Source: Actinomycetes bacterium
GTDB taxonomy: Bacteria; Actinomycetota; Acidimicrobiia; Acidimicrobiales; Acidimicrobiaceae
Direction: 5' to 3'
Assembly: GCA_021777475.1 (NCBI GenBank)
Contig: JAJYDM010000001.1
Coordinates: 18,993-82,992, forward strand
Length of the DNA: 64,000 bases
The position numbers and the translations under genes were made by a program. Every line of letters begins with the position of its first letter. The first letter of the stretch is position 1. This document shows positions 1 to 9,198 of this stretch, in pieces. The notes under the pieces are model-generated. The model ran no database searches and was not told the origin of the DNA. It was given only the letters and a program-made list of their open reading frames with translations.

Positions 1-1
1 T

Positions 2-100
2 CATGATGTGCTGATGACTGAGCTCTTTGTCGTCGCAATGGGGATCATTGTTGGTACCGCCGGATCAGCCTTCGCAGTCAGGCGATATCTGGAGGTCTGA
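2..100 (+). CDS. 3' end of an upstream CDS (partial, unnamed)
   Basis: The frame is open from the window edge to TGA at 98-100. It translates ...LFVVAMGIIVGTAGSAFAVRRYLEV*, a hydrophobic C-terminal helix. Too short to assign a function. Confidence 0.25.
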   Translation, partial: HDVLMTELFVVAMGIIVGTAGSAFAVRRYLEV

Positions 101-168
101 GCCACTTGCCTGGTGGTCGATGGCCAATGCTGGCAGCAACGCTTCAAGTTCGCCCCCGCCTTCAATTT

Positions 169-1422
169 TCAAAAAGTCACTTGTTGCCAGGTGACGCCTC
201 CATTGTGTGTCATGATGAAGTCTGACGATACCAGTCCGGCGGTGGTGGCATTGCCTTCTATGGCAAATCCCTGAGTGTTAGTCGTAAATCCGAGATCGTG
301 GATTGGTGCTCCCCCAAATGTCGCGCTGGAGATTACGGTTTTCCAAGTGGTTCCCCCATCTGTGCTCAAGTATAGGAAGGTGGCACCCGATGAGGCGGTG
401 ACAGCAATGGTGTTGCCGTCAGGTGAGGCTATCGCGCCAAGAATTCCTCCCAACGGAGGTTTACCCGATGTGGGGGTGAATGTTGCCAGATTTCCCGACT
501 TTACAATTGTTTTTTCCTGTGTGCCAGCACCCGCATCACCACCGCAGGCCAGGATGATTTGCGGATCTGAGGATCCTGCAACTGGTGTTGCCAGAGCTAC
601 TGCGGGATTGGTCGGAATTCCATTGAGACAGTCCGGGTTCAGATGCGTCCATGTCGTGGTCCCAGTTGCTTGGTAGTATAGGTCACCCTTGTTATCATTC
701 ACGGCAATCAGGGTTCCGAATGGATTTGTGACTACCCTGGGAAGCCATCCTGGCGAAAATGTGGGTTGTGCGAGTTGGGTAAAGGCATCTTGGGTGGCAG
801 GAGAGCTGTACAGTAGCTCAGCCCCCGGCAAGGCCGTATTTGGATTTCCGGCGATCAAATATGTGGTCGTGCCATTGGTTTCAAGCGAGTTGACTCCGTA
901 GGAACTCGGAGCTCCGGAGAGTGTTACCCTATGCCATGTGGTTCCACCGTCGTACGTAGAATAAAGGCTTGGCCCGTAGAGATAGCCGTCGAGGATGTTC
1001 ACGAAACGGATCCTCGATACGGCGGAACTGTTGGTAGTCAGTAACGGTCCTTGGGCTAGGGGGACGTTTGGCGCCGGAATCGCGAGCCAAGTCTTTCCCC
1101 CATCCTGAGTCCGGGCAATTGTCAGACAAGGACTGCCGGTGCAATTAGAGATTCCAAGGACGAAGCCTACTGTGGACGAAACGAACGTGGCAGATTCCGG
1201 CTCAAAGCCAGATGGTAGTGGCGTTCCTACCGGGGCCGTTGTTGGTGGGATGGTGGTAGTTGACGACGTGGTGGAGGTGGAGGTGGTGGTTGAAGTTGTA
1301 GTCGTCGTGGTGGGAGAGGCGCTCTTATGCGCCGCGCTAAGACTGTAACCGATAGCCGCCCCAATAATGATCACGAGTGCAGCCACTCCTGATGTGATTA
1401 CGATTTTCCTTTGCCTGGTCAT
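169..1422 (-). CDS. Membrane-anchored/secreted BNR (Asp-box) repeat beta-propeller protein, Ycf48-like, with a Thr/Ser-rich linker
   Basis: N-terminal TM/signal anchor (VAALVIIIGAAIG). Poly-T/S linker (PTTTTTTSTTTSTSTTSSTTT). Repeated Asp-box motifs DGGKTW, DGGTTW (x2) and NGGVTW. GGAGGA lies 5 nt upstream of the ATG at 1422, so I prefer that start to the TTG at 1437. Confidence 0.75.
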   Translation of the reverse strand: MTRQRKIVITSGVAALVIIIGAAIGYSLSAAHKSASPTTTTTTSTTTSTSTTSSTTTIPPTTAPVGTPLPSGFEPESATFVSSTVGFVLGISNCTGSPCLTIARTQDGGKTWLAIPAPNVPLAQGPLLTTNSSAVSRIRFVNILDGYLYGPSLYSTYDGGTTWHRVTLSGAPSSYGVNSLETNGTTTYLIAGNPNTALPGAELLYSSPATQDAFTQLAQPTFSPGWLPRVVTNPFGTLIAVNDNKGDLYYQATGTTTWTHLNPDCLNGIPTNPAVALATPVAGSSDPQIILACGGDAGAGTQEKTIVKSGNLATFTPTSGKPPLGGILGAIASPDGNTIAVTASSGATFLYLSTDGGTTWKTVISSATFGGAPIHDLGFTTNTQGFAIEGNATTAGLVSSDFIMTHNGGVTWQQVTF

Positions 1423-1806
1423 GGCATTCCTCCGCAAATAGCCCTTATTTCATCTACAATGATCGATCAGATTGGATCGTCGATGGTCGTTACGGCTGCA
1501 GCAATGACCCTCTCTTTCCGGCGACCGTTTGTCGCAAAACCTGGACAAGTGCGTAATTTCCCTGCCCTTAGGCTAGTCCGCGTTAACCTTACCTTTTCGA
1601 AGTTACAAGGTGTTGGCGGCGAAAAATCGGGCGTACCAGTTATGAATCTGTCTGCTACTGACTTAATCCTAGCTGGTCAGAACCTATTAATCCGTGGGTG
1701 GTTCTCACCAAGGCACTTTTTTGGGGTACTGTCGAAGGTGCCACTTAGTTGGTACGGCAAATCCCTTGGCATCTACTAGGTCTGGATGTTCAGAAAGTGA
1801 GTTGAA

Positions 1807-4644
1807 GTGACATCTGAGTTTCCAGTTGTTCCAGTTTCGAGTCCAATATTCGAGGCACTCGCTCTTGGCCAGAGCATCTGGTATGACAATGTGAGGCGAT
1901 CCCTGATAAGTTCTGGCCGATTGACAAGAATGGTAAGTGAGGATGGTCTCCGTGGCGTTACCTCAAACCCTTCGATCTTCGACAAGGCAATTGCGGGATC
2001 GACTGACTATACAGAGGCACTTTCAGTTATCAGGCAAAGGGGAAACTTGGATGCCAAATCGGCCTACGAAGAGCTTGCATTCAGCGACATTCGGGCGGCT
2101 GCTGATATTTTGTATTCAGTCTATGATGCGAGTTCAAGGCAAGACGGTTATGTGAGCATAGAGGTGCCGCCGAATCTGGCCCGTGACACACAGGGGACGA
2201 TCGACGAAGCGGTACGAATCTGGCAGATAGTTGATCGGCCAAACATGATGGTCAAAGTGCCTGGCACAGCTGAGGGTATTTTTGCGCTAAGATCCTTGAT
2301 AAGGCTGGGAATAAATGTAAACGTGACTTTGCTCTTTTCAGTTCAGACATGTGAAGAGGTTGCCCGGGCATATATAGAAGGACTTTCGGACCGACTTTCT
2401 GATGGCGCAAGAGTCGACACTGTAGCGTCTGTCGCGAGTTTCTTCATTAGTAGAATCGATTCAGCCGTCGATCCCCTGGTGAGCAGTGCCCTTGCCGGAA
2501 AAATAGGAATCGCCAGCGCCAAGGTGGCTTATAGGCGCTACAAAGAGATATTTTCCGGTATGGATTGGCAGCGTTTTGCCGAGGCGGGGGCAGTTCAGCA
2601 GAGGTTACTTTGGGCTTCGACCGGAACCAAGAATCCCGCGTATCCAGACCTCCTGTACGTAGAGTCATTGATTGGACCGAACACCGTTAACACCCTTCCC
2701 CCGGCGACTTACGAGAGTTTTAAAACCAAAGGGCGGGTTGCACCGACATTGGAGGAGTCGTTTGAGGAGGCAGAACGTTTGCTGATACGTCTTTCTGGTG
2801 AGGGAATTTCACTTCAGAATATCACCGGGAAACTTCTGGATGAGGGGCTCGCATTGTTCGATGACTCGTTCAGGAAACTTCTTAAATCCATTGAGGATTC
2901 CATTGGAAAAGATGTTCCGTCCGCCTTGGCGCTTGATGCGAGACTTCCGAATGCGATATCCGAGAAAGTGCAGGAGATTACTGACGAATGGCGCGAATCA
3001 TCAAAGGTTGAGCGGATGTGGCTTCACGATCGCCGGATATGGAGCAGCACCAATGAAGACAAGTGGTTGGGGTGGCTGGCCACTCCAATGGACCAACGCT
3101 CCCATCCGCATCACTTTCATCAGATTACGAAGATGGTGGGTGGCAATAGATTCAATGATGCCATAGTCCTGGGAATGGGCGGTTCAAGTCTTTGTCCAGA
3201 GGCACTATCAATGACGTTCAATCCTGTCGAGGGCTTTCCCCGACTTGGAATTCTTGACTCCACCGATCCCACACAAATCAGGGATCTTGAAGCAAGGCTT
3301 GACCTTAGTAAAACGTTATTCTTTGTCTCGTCGAAGTCCGGGACCACTCTAGAGCCAAACATCTATGCGGACTACTTTTACGAGCGGACCAAAGAGGTCG
3401 TAGGAGAGGATGAGGTTGGAAAGCGTTTCATTGCAATCACCGATCCAGGATCGCCTTTGGAGCAAAGGGCTAAAGCTGAAAAGTGGCGAGGTGTATATCA
3501 TGGTGTGCCAGCCATTGGGGGCAGGTACTCAGCACTGAGTGACTTTGGAATGATACCTGCCGCTGCCTCGGGGATTGACGTATTCGAGATTTTGGATCGA
3601 GCAGAGACCATGGCGCACGCATGCGCGTCATGTGTGCCGCTGGGTGATAATCCTGGTTTCGTTCTTGGTGCAATTATCGGTGCGTCGACGGTTTTGGGCC
3701 GCGACAAGCTGACCATTGTGACCTCCCCTTCTATTTCTGATCTTGGTGCATGGTTGAGCCAGCTCCTTGCTGAGTCGACTGGTAAGGACGGCAAAGGTGT
3801 TGTGCCAGTTGATGATGAACCCCTTGGCAGCCCTGAGAACTATGGAAACGATCGCTTTTTTGTTCAGATCAGGCTGATTTCTGAAACAGATGATGAGGTG
3901 GACAGGAAAATTGATGCGTTAGCCAAAGCCGGTCACCCTGTGTGCAGAATCGACCTCGGGGATGCTTATGATCTGGGTAGGGAGTTTTTCCGGTGGGAGT
4001 TTGCCACCGCCGTTGCAGGCTCAGTCATTGGGATCGACCCATTCGATCAGCCCGATGTCGAGGACGCAAAGTTGATCACAAGGGATTTAACGGAGAAGTA
4101 CGAAGCGACTGGTTTGCTCCCGGAATTGCCGGCACTGGCTAAAGAGGGAAACTTTGCTCTGTTTGCGGACGAGGCCAATGCTGAAGTGTTGCGGAGCTTA
4201 GTCGCTGAAGGGGGAGTGAGAGAGTTCCTTTCAGCGCACTTTCGCAGGACTATGCCTGGTGAATACACCGCCTTTCTTGCCTACATTCCTATGAGTTCTT
4301 CCAATGAGTTGAGGCTAAGAAACATGAGGACTATGGTCCGTGATCGTCTGAAGGTGGCAACTTGTGTGGGATTTGGCCCACGTTTTCAGCATTCCACTGG
4401 CCAGGCATACAAAGGTGGGCCAAATACCGGAGTGTTTCTTCAGATTACTTGTGATGATTTGTTAGATGTCAGTGTTCCCGGCCACTCCTACACATTCGGC
4501 TTGGTCAAGGAAGCTCAAGCTCGTGGGGATCTGGATGTACTCGCCAAGAAGGATCGCAGAGTTTTGAGAATCCACATTTCCGGCGACTTGGAAAAAGGTC
4601 TAGAGGATCTTGGAGGAATGTTCACAGACTTTTTCGGTCGGTAA
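1807..4644 (+). CDS. Bifunctional transaldolase / glucose-6-phosphate isomerase (in-frame fusion)
   Basis: The N-terminal ~360 aa are transaldolase-like (SIWYDN, GVTSNPSIF, MVKVPGTAEGI). The C-terminal part is PGI-like (LGMGGSSLCPE, SKSGTTLEP, GGRYSALS). It is a single uninterrupted 945-aa ORF. Confidence 0.9.
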   Translation: MTSEFPVVPVSSPIFEALALGQSIWYDNVRRSLISSGRLTRMVSEDGLRGVTSNPSIFDKAIAGSTDYTEALSVIRQRGNLDAKSAYEELAFSDIRAAADILYSVYDASSRQDGYVSIEVPPNLARDTQGTIDEAVRIWQIVDRPNMMVKVPGTAEGIFALRSLIRLGINVNVTLLFSVQTCEEVARAYIEGLSDRLSDGARVDTVASVASFFISRIDSAVDPLVSSALAGKIGIASAKVAYRRYKEIFSGMDWQRFAEAGAVQQRLLWASTGTKNPAYPDLLYVESLIGPNTVNTLPPATYESFKTKGRVAPTLEESFEEAERLLIRLSGEGISLQNITGKLLDEGLALFDDSFRKLLKSIEDSIGKDVPSALALDARLPNAISEKVQEITDEWRESSKVERMWLHDRRIWSSTNEDKWLGWLATPMDQRSHPHHFHQITKMVGGNRFNDAIVLGMGGSSLCPEALSMTFNPVEGFPRLGILDSTDPTQIRDLEARLDLSKTLFFVSSKSGTTLEPNIYADYFYERTKEVVGEDEVGKRFIAITDPGSPLEQRAKAEKWRGVYHGVPAIGGRYSALSDFGMIPAAASGIDVFEILDRAETMAHACASCVPLGDNPGFVLGAIIGASTVLGRDKLTIVTSPSISDLGAWLSQLLAESTGKDGKGVVPVDDEPLGSPENYGNDRFFVQIRLISETDDEVDRKIDALAKAGHPVCRIDLGDAYDLGREFFRWEFATAVAGSVIGIDPFDQPDVEDAKLITRDLTEKYEATGLLPELPALAKEGNFALFADEANAEVLRSLVAEGGVREFLSAHFRRTMPGEYTAFLAYIPMSSSNELRLRNMRTMVRDRLKVATCVGFGPRFQHSTGQAYKGGPNTGVFLQITCDDLLDVSVPGHSYTFGLVKEAQARGDLDVLAKKDRRVLRIHISGDLEKGLEDLGGMFTDFFGR

Positions 4645-4709
4645 TGAGAAGCCGACATGCCAATAATTTTACTTCATAGCCCATTTTTTGAGGCGGAGAG
4701 GATTTGATA

Positions 4710-5729
4710 ATGCAATTGGGAATGGTTGGGCTTGGCAGGATGGGTGCAAATCTGGTGCGCCGTTCAATGGCATCTGGTATCGAATGCGTCGTTTATGACG
4801 TCAATTCTTCAGCCGTCGACTCTTTAGTCAAGGACGGGGCGATTGGCGCTGCTTCCCTTAATGATTTCGTCAAAAAACTCCGTGTTCCACGAAACGTTTG
4901 GATTATGGTCCCTGCAGGGGAAATTACGGAGAAAACAGTCAGAGAACTTGCCGAGGTGCTGGACAGCGGCGATGCGATTATCGACGGGGGAAACTCCTAC
5001 TATCGGGACGATCTTAGAAGGTCAGAGGAACTCAAGAAAAGGGATATTCATTATCTTGACGTCGGTACCAGCGGGGGGATTTGGGGTCTCGAACGCGGGT
5101 ATTGCCTTATGATAGGTGGTGACAGCGAAGTAGTCGAACGGATGACCCCCGTCTTCACTGCCATTGCACCCGGACCTGACGCAGCGCCTCGCACTGCCGG
5201 GCGCACCGGCGAATTTTCGTCGGTTGAGCATGGATATCTGCATTGTGGGCCAGTTGGGGCGGGCCACTTTGTAAAGATGGTGCACAATGGAATCGAGTAC
5301 GGTCTCATGGCAGCATACGCTGAGGGGCTCAATATTCTAAAAAGTGCTAATGCAGGAACTGTTAATAGGGCGTCCGATGCTGAAACCGCACCGCTCGAGC
5401 ATCCGGAGTATTATCTCTACGATCTTGACCTTACTCAAATTACTGAAGTTTGGCGAAGAGGGAGCGTGATCTCATCGTGGTTGCTGGATCTGACTGCCCA
5501 GGCATTGGTGGAATCTCCCCGTTTGAATGAATTTTCCGGTCAGGTGTCCGACTCCGGTGAAGGCCGGTGGACTGCGGTGGCAGCCATCGAGGAAGGTGTG
5601 CCCGCGCCGGTACTCACGGCAGCGTTGTCCTCGAGATTCTCATCAAGGAATCTTGGGCATTTTGCGAATCAGCTGCTTTCGGCGATGCGTATGCAGTTTG
5701 GCGGCCATGCGGAGAAGTCTGAAAGCTGA
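4710..5729 (+). CDS. gnd: 6-phosphogluconate dehydrogenase (decarboxylating), short Gnd/YqeC type
   Basis: Rossmann motif MVGLGRMGANL, followed by GGNSYY and GAGHFVKMVHNGIEYG. An RBS GGAGAGGA precedes the ATG at 4710. Confidence 0.9.
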   Translation: MQLGMVGLGRMGANLVRRSMASGIECVVYDVNSSAVDSLVKDGAIGAASLNDFVKKLRVPRNVWIMVPAGEITEKTVRELAEVLDSGDAIIDGGNSYYRDDLRRSEELKKRDIHYLDVGTSGGIWGLERGYCLMIGGDSEVVERMTPVFTAIAPGPDAAPRTAGRTGEFSSVEHGYLHCGPVGAGHFVKMVHNGIEYGLMAAYAEGLNILKSANAGTVNRASDAETAPLEHPEYYLYDLDLTQITEVWRRGSVISSWLLDLTAQALVESPRLNEFSGQVSDSGEGRWTAVAAIEEGVPAPVLTAALSSRFSSRNLGHFANQLLSAMRMQFGGHAEKSES

Positions 5730-5788
5730 ACCGTAAGAAACGCAAATCAAGCTGACTTCAGGTGGAACGCGAAAGAAAGGGTTTGCAG

Positions 5789-6484
5789 ATGACCGATGGC
5801 CCTGTTGCCATTTTGTTCGACATAGACGGAACACTAATTACGAGCGGAGGTGCGGGTACCCGTGCATGGGCTTTGGCATTTGATGAGGTATATGGGGTCA
5901 AGGTGGACATTTCTCAGTTCTCAGACCTAGGTATGACGGATCCGGAAGTTGCTGTCAGAAGTTTCGAGGCTGTTTTGGGCCGTAAGCCACAACCTAAGGA
6001 ACTGGTTTCTATTTTGGAAAGGCATGTTCACTACCTGGCTCAAACTGTGGAAAGTTCTGAACGGTACAAGGTTCTCGATGGTGCCGAGGAGTTGCTGACC
6101 GATCTCATCGGGCGTGGCTACATGCTGGGATTGGTTAGTGGGAACAGTGAAAAGGGCGCGCACATTAAGCTGAGCAGGGCAAATCTGAACCGCTTTTTTT
6201 CATTTGGTGGTTTCGGGTCGGATTCGGCCGACAGGAGCGAACTGACAAAGACAGCCCTCCAGAGGGCGGAGTTGGCTTTTGGGCGTCAAATTGCTCTTCC
6301 ACAATTTCTTTCGGTTGGCGATACTGCTCGTGATGTAGAGGCTGCGCATGCGGTGGGAATCAAATGCGTCGGCGTTGCCACCAGCAAGTTCACCAAGCAA
6401 GACCTTCTTGATGCCGGTGCTGACTATGTCATTGGATCGTTGAGAGAAGGTTTGCCGATCCAGTCTTCGGTTTCGGTTCAATGA
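5789..6484 (+). CDS. HAD-superfamily hydrolase (phosphoglycolate phosphatase / beta-PGM-like)
   Basis: HAD motif I ILFDIDGTL, motif II VSGNS, motif III K...GDTARD. The start is uncertain (GTG at 5762 or ATG at 5789). Confidence 0.8.
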   Translation: MTDGPVAILFDIDGTLITSGGAGTRAWALAFDEVYGVKVDISQFSDLGMTDPEVAVRSFEAVLGRKPQPKELVSILERHVHYLAQTVESSERYKVLDGAEELLTDLIGRGYMLGLVSGNSEKGAHIKLSRANLNRFFSFGGFGSDSADRSELTKTALQRAELAFGRQIALPQFLSVGDTARDVEAAHAVGIKCVGVATSKFTKQDLLDAGADYVIGSLREGLPIQSSVSVQ

Positions 6485-6565
6485 ATCCGGGCCTGTTACT
6501 TGACACAGTCGGGTTGAGGAAAGGATCTTGGACTCAGGTGATCAAGTTTTTTATTAGGTCTGCGG

Positions 6566-8062
6566 TTGGCAAATGAAAGGCGAGTAGTTTTGGGTCGACG
6601 AAGCGGTACATCAGAAGCTGCCAATCATGAGACGGTGCCTCGACCAAGAGACACGGTGATCATCCTTTTTGGTGCCACTGGAGATCTGGCTAAGAGAAAG
6701 CTCTTGCCGGGATTGTTTCATCTTGCAGAGGCGTCATTGATGCCTGCCAGATTTCATATCATCGGTTGCGCCCCGGAAGGTTCCGGTGCCGATGAGTCTG
6801 ACTTTGGTGATTACGTTCATGAGGTTCTTGGCAACTTCGCGCGCAAAGAGGTTACAAATGAGTCATGGGCCAGGTTTGCACCCCATATCTCATTCGTTGC
6901 AACAAATAAGGGTGGGCTGGGAAACCTATCCGCCCAGGTCAAAAGGGCTGAAGCCACCATGGATGATCCCACTCGAATTATCTATCTGGCGGTCCCGCCC
7001 CCCGCCTTTACGGAGATGGTCGCGCTGCTTGACGTTGAGGGGATGGTGAACGATTCAACTCGGCTTGTTATCGAAAAGCCGTTTGGAGCAGATCTGAATT
7101 CTGCTCGTCGACTTAATGGTGACCTCCACAGAGTTTTCAAGGAGTCTCAAATATATCGGATCGATCACTTCTTGGGCAAAGAGGCGGTGCAAAATATATT
7201 GGCATTCCGGTTCGCCAATGGTCTTTTTGAAGCTGCGTGGAACAACCGCTACATAAACTATGTGCAAATCGATGTCCCGGAGACTCTCACGGTTGAGGGA
7301 AGAGCAGGGTTCTATGAGGCCACAGGTGCTTTCAGAGACATGGTGGTTACGCACCTGTTTCAGCTGCTGGGTTTTTTGGCAATGGAGCCGCCGGCACGTT
7401 TGAGCGCTCACGAACTTCATGACAAGAAGATTGAAGCGTATAGGGCAATCAAGCCGATAGACGTTGCCCGGGTGGTGTATGGACAGTATCTGGGCTACAA
7501 AGATGAACCAGGTGTTGCCCCAGATTCCAATGTGGAGACGTTTGTGGCGCTGGAGGCTGCCGTAGAAAATGAGAGATGGTCGGGCGTTCGCTGGTTTCTT
7601 CGAACCGGAAAGGCCATGGCGGAAACCCGGACCTCTGTAACGCTGGGATTCAAAGAGAGTCCGTTACACATGTTTGAACTTGATCCGGCCTTCAACTCCA
7701 AGATTCGGCCTAACGAGTTAATTTTTGAGTTGTCCGACCCTGGAAGTGTGACCATGGAGGTGTTGGTAAAGGAGCCAGGGCCAACTGCGAGACTGGAAGT
7801 CGCACCTATCTCGTTTCATTACGATGAGTCCACACTTGTTGCTTTGGAGCTAGAGGCATACGAGAGGCTTTTCCATGATGTCATGTTGGGCGAACACCTA
7901 CTTTTCAATAGGGCAGATGCAATTGAGAGATTGTGGGAGATTTCTCAGCCTCTCCTCTCATCACCTTCCAAGCCAAAGGAGTATGCGCGGGGCAGCTGGG
8001 GTCCCCATGGTACCGAATCTCTGGTATTGCCATTCAGATGGCATTTGCCAGAGGTGACTTAA
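6566..8062 (+). CDS. zwf: Glucose-6-phosphate 1-dehydrogenase
   Basis: NADP-binding motif IFGATGDLAKRKLLP and active-site motif RIDHFLGKE. The length is typical for Zwf. Confidence 0.95.
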   Translation: MANERRVVLGRRSGTSEAANHETVPRPRDTVIILFGATGDLAKRKLLPGLFHLAEASLMPARFHIIGCAPEGSGADESDFGDYVHEVLGNFARKEVTNESWARFAPHISFVATNKGGLGNLSAQVKRAEATMDDPTRIIYLAVPPPAFTEMVALLDVEGMVNDSTRLVIEKPFGADLNSARRLNGDLHRVFKESQIYRIDHFLGKEAVQNILAFRFANGLFEAAWNNRYINYVQIDVPETLTVEGRAGFYEATGAFRDMVVTHLFQLLGFLAMEPPARLSAHELHDKKIEAYRAIKPIDVARVVYGQYLGYKDEPGVAPDSNVETFVALEAAVENERWSGVRWFLRTGKAMAETRTSVTLGFKESPLHMFELDPAFNSKIRPNELIFELSDPGSVTMEVLVKEPGPTARLEVAPISFHYDESTLVALELEAYERLFHDVMLGEHLLFNRADAIERLWEISQPLLSSPSKPKEYARGSWGPHGTESLVLPFRWHLPEVT

Positions 8063-9062
8063 TAATTTAGGACGCTTGATTGAAATGCAGTTCTGACCTA
8101 CGTGCGCCTAATCAATTACAGATGCTTGTCAGCAACAATATTGCGATAAGAGTATTTGGAAAGTTGGTTTCGCTATGCAGAGCCGTTGCCTTTTGAGGCA
8201 AGTATCAGGCTTTCAATGGGCAAAGTTTTCACTTCAACTGAACTGCAAGCCCTTTCTTCCCGACCCGAGGCCGCTCGTCATCTTTCGGTAACTCTAGGCA
8301 ACCGTTCCATTTCCTGACTTACCTATTAATGGAGCTGAGCATTTCGATGCGCCAATATTAGAGGTCGGTGCGGATGGATCTACGAGGAGGTTATCGGCTG
8401 GACGTGTGTTTCTGGTGAATGATGCGGAAAAGAGTTTCAGCGCTGTTTCGAGAGATCATGGGAGTTGAAGCGTAGGAAGTTTCTTCCGTGGTGTTGCGTT
8501 GCCGGGCGATGTTTCGTCAAATTCCGATGCGGCCGAACTATTGGGATCGCGATTGGTGGATGCCAAGGCAGTGGTGTTGATATCGTCAATTAAGCGGCTG
8601 TACATAGGTGTCCACTAGGACCCATTTTTTACGAGGATCCTTTTCCCCGGACATGGTGCAAGTGAGGGTGAATGTGGTTAGATAATGGTTGTTTTCGACG
8701 CCACGTGCATGTCAATTGAAGGATCGCCGCTGTGTCACATTGTATCGGTTTCGAATGATAAAAATCGAGTGGTGCAAGTTTGGGATTTGTCATTTCAAGA
8801 GCTAGAACCGGTACGCAGCTTTGTGGGATGACATGGGCAGGTTGTGCTGAAAAGTTTGCCGAGGTGGTTAATTCCCTCGAAGGTATCGCTGGCATCGACG
8901 CTGGGGTAGTCAAATATGGAGCGACTGATGACTGGCGTTCCACCAAGGTGGCAAGTTTTCCCTCCCCCGGCTCTCCCCAGCAAGTGGGGTTAGAGCAGGC
9001 GGACACCTATTGAGTCGAGTGCGAGGCTCTTCGTTGCTCGCTCCAGGTCGACGATTTCTTAA

Positions 9063-9117
9063 ATTCACCAGACAATAAGCCGGAGTTTACCTTCTGTTTA
9101 CTTGTTGTTTACCTTGA
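9063..9117 (+). promoter_or_regulatory. PHO-box-like array: direct repeat units with exact 11-nt periodicity
   Basis: GTTTACCTTCT / GTTTACTTGTT / GTTTACCTTGA start at 9085, 9096 and 9107. ATTCACCAGAC starts at 9063, in phase (22 nt upstream). The array ends 82 nt upstream of the phosphate-transporter ATG. Confidence 0.55.
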
Positions 9118-9198
9118 AATCCTAGTTTGACATTGGATGAAAAACGAAGTCCTGGGGCATTGGCGAGGATTTTGGACTCCCCAGACAAGGAGTAGCTG

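Noticed and set aside
1411-1779. 122-aa plus-strand ORF in the gap upstream of tal-pgi.
   Set aside because: It starts inside the opposite-strand BNR gene start region and has no RBS or motifs. This is most likely a promoter/5' UTR region.
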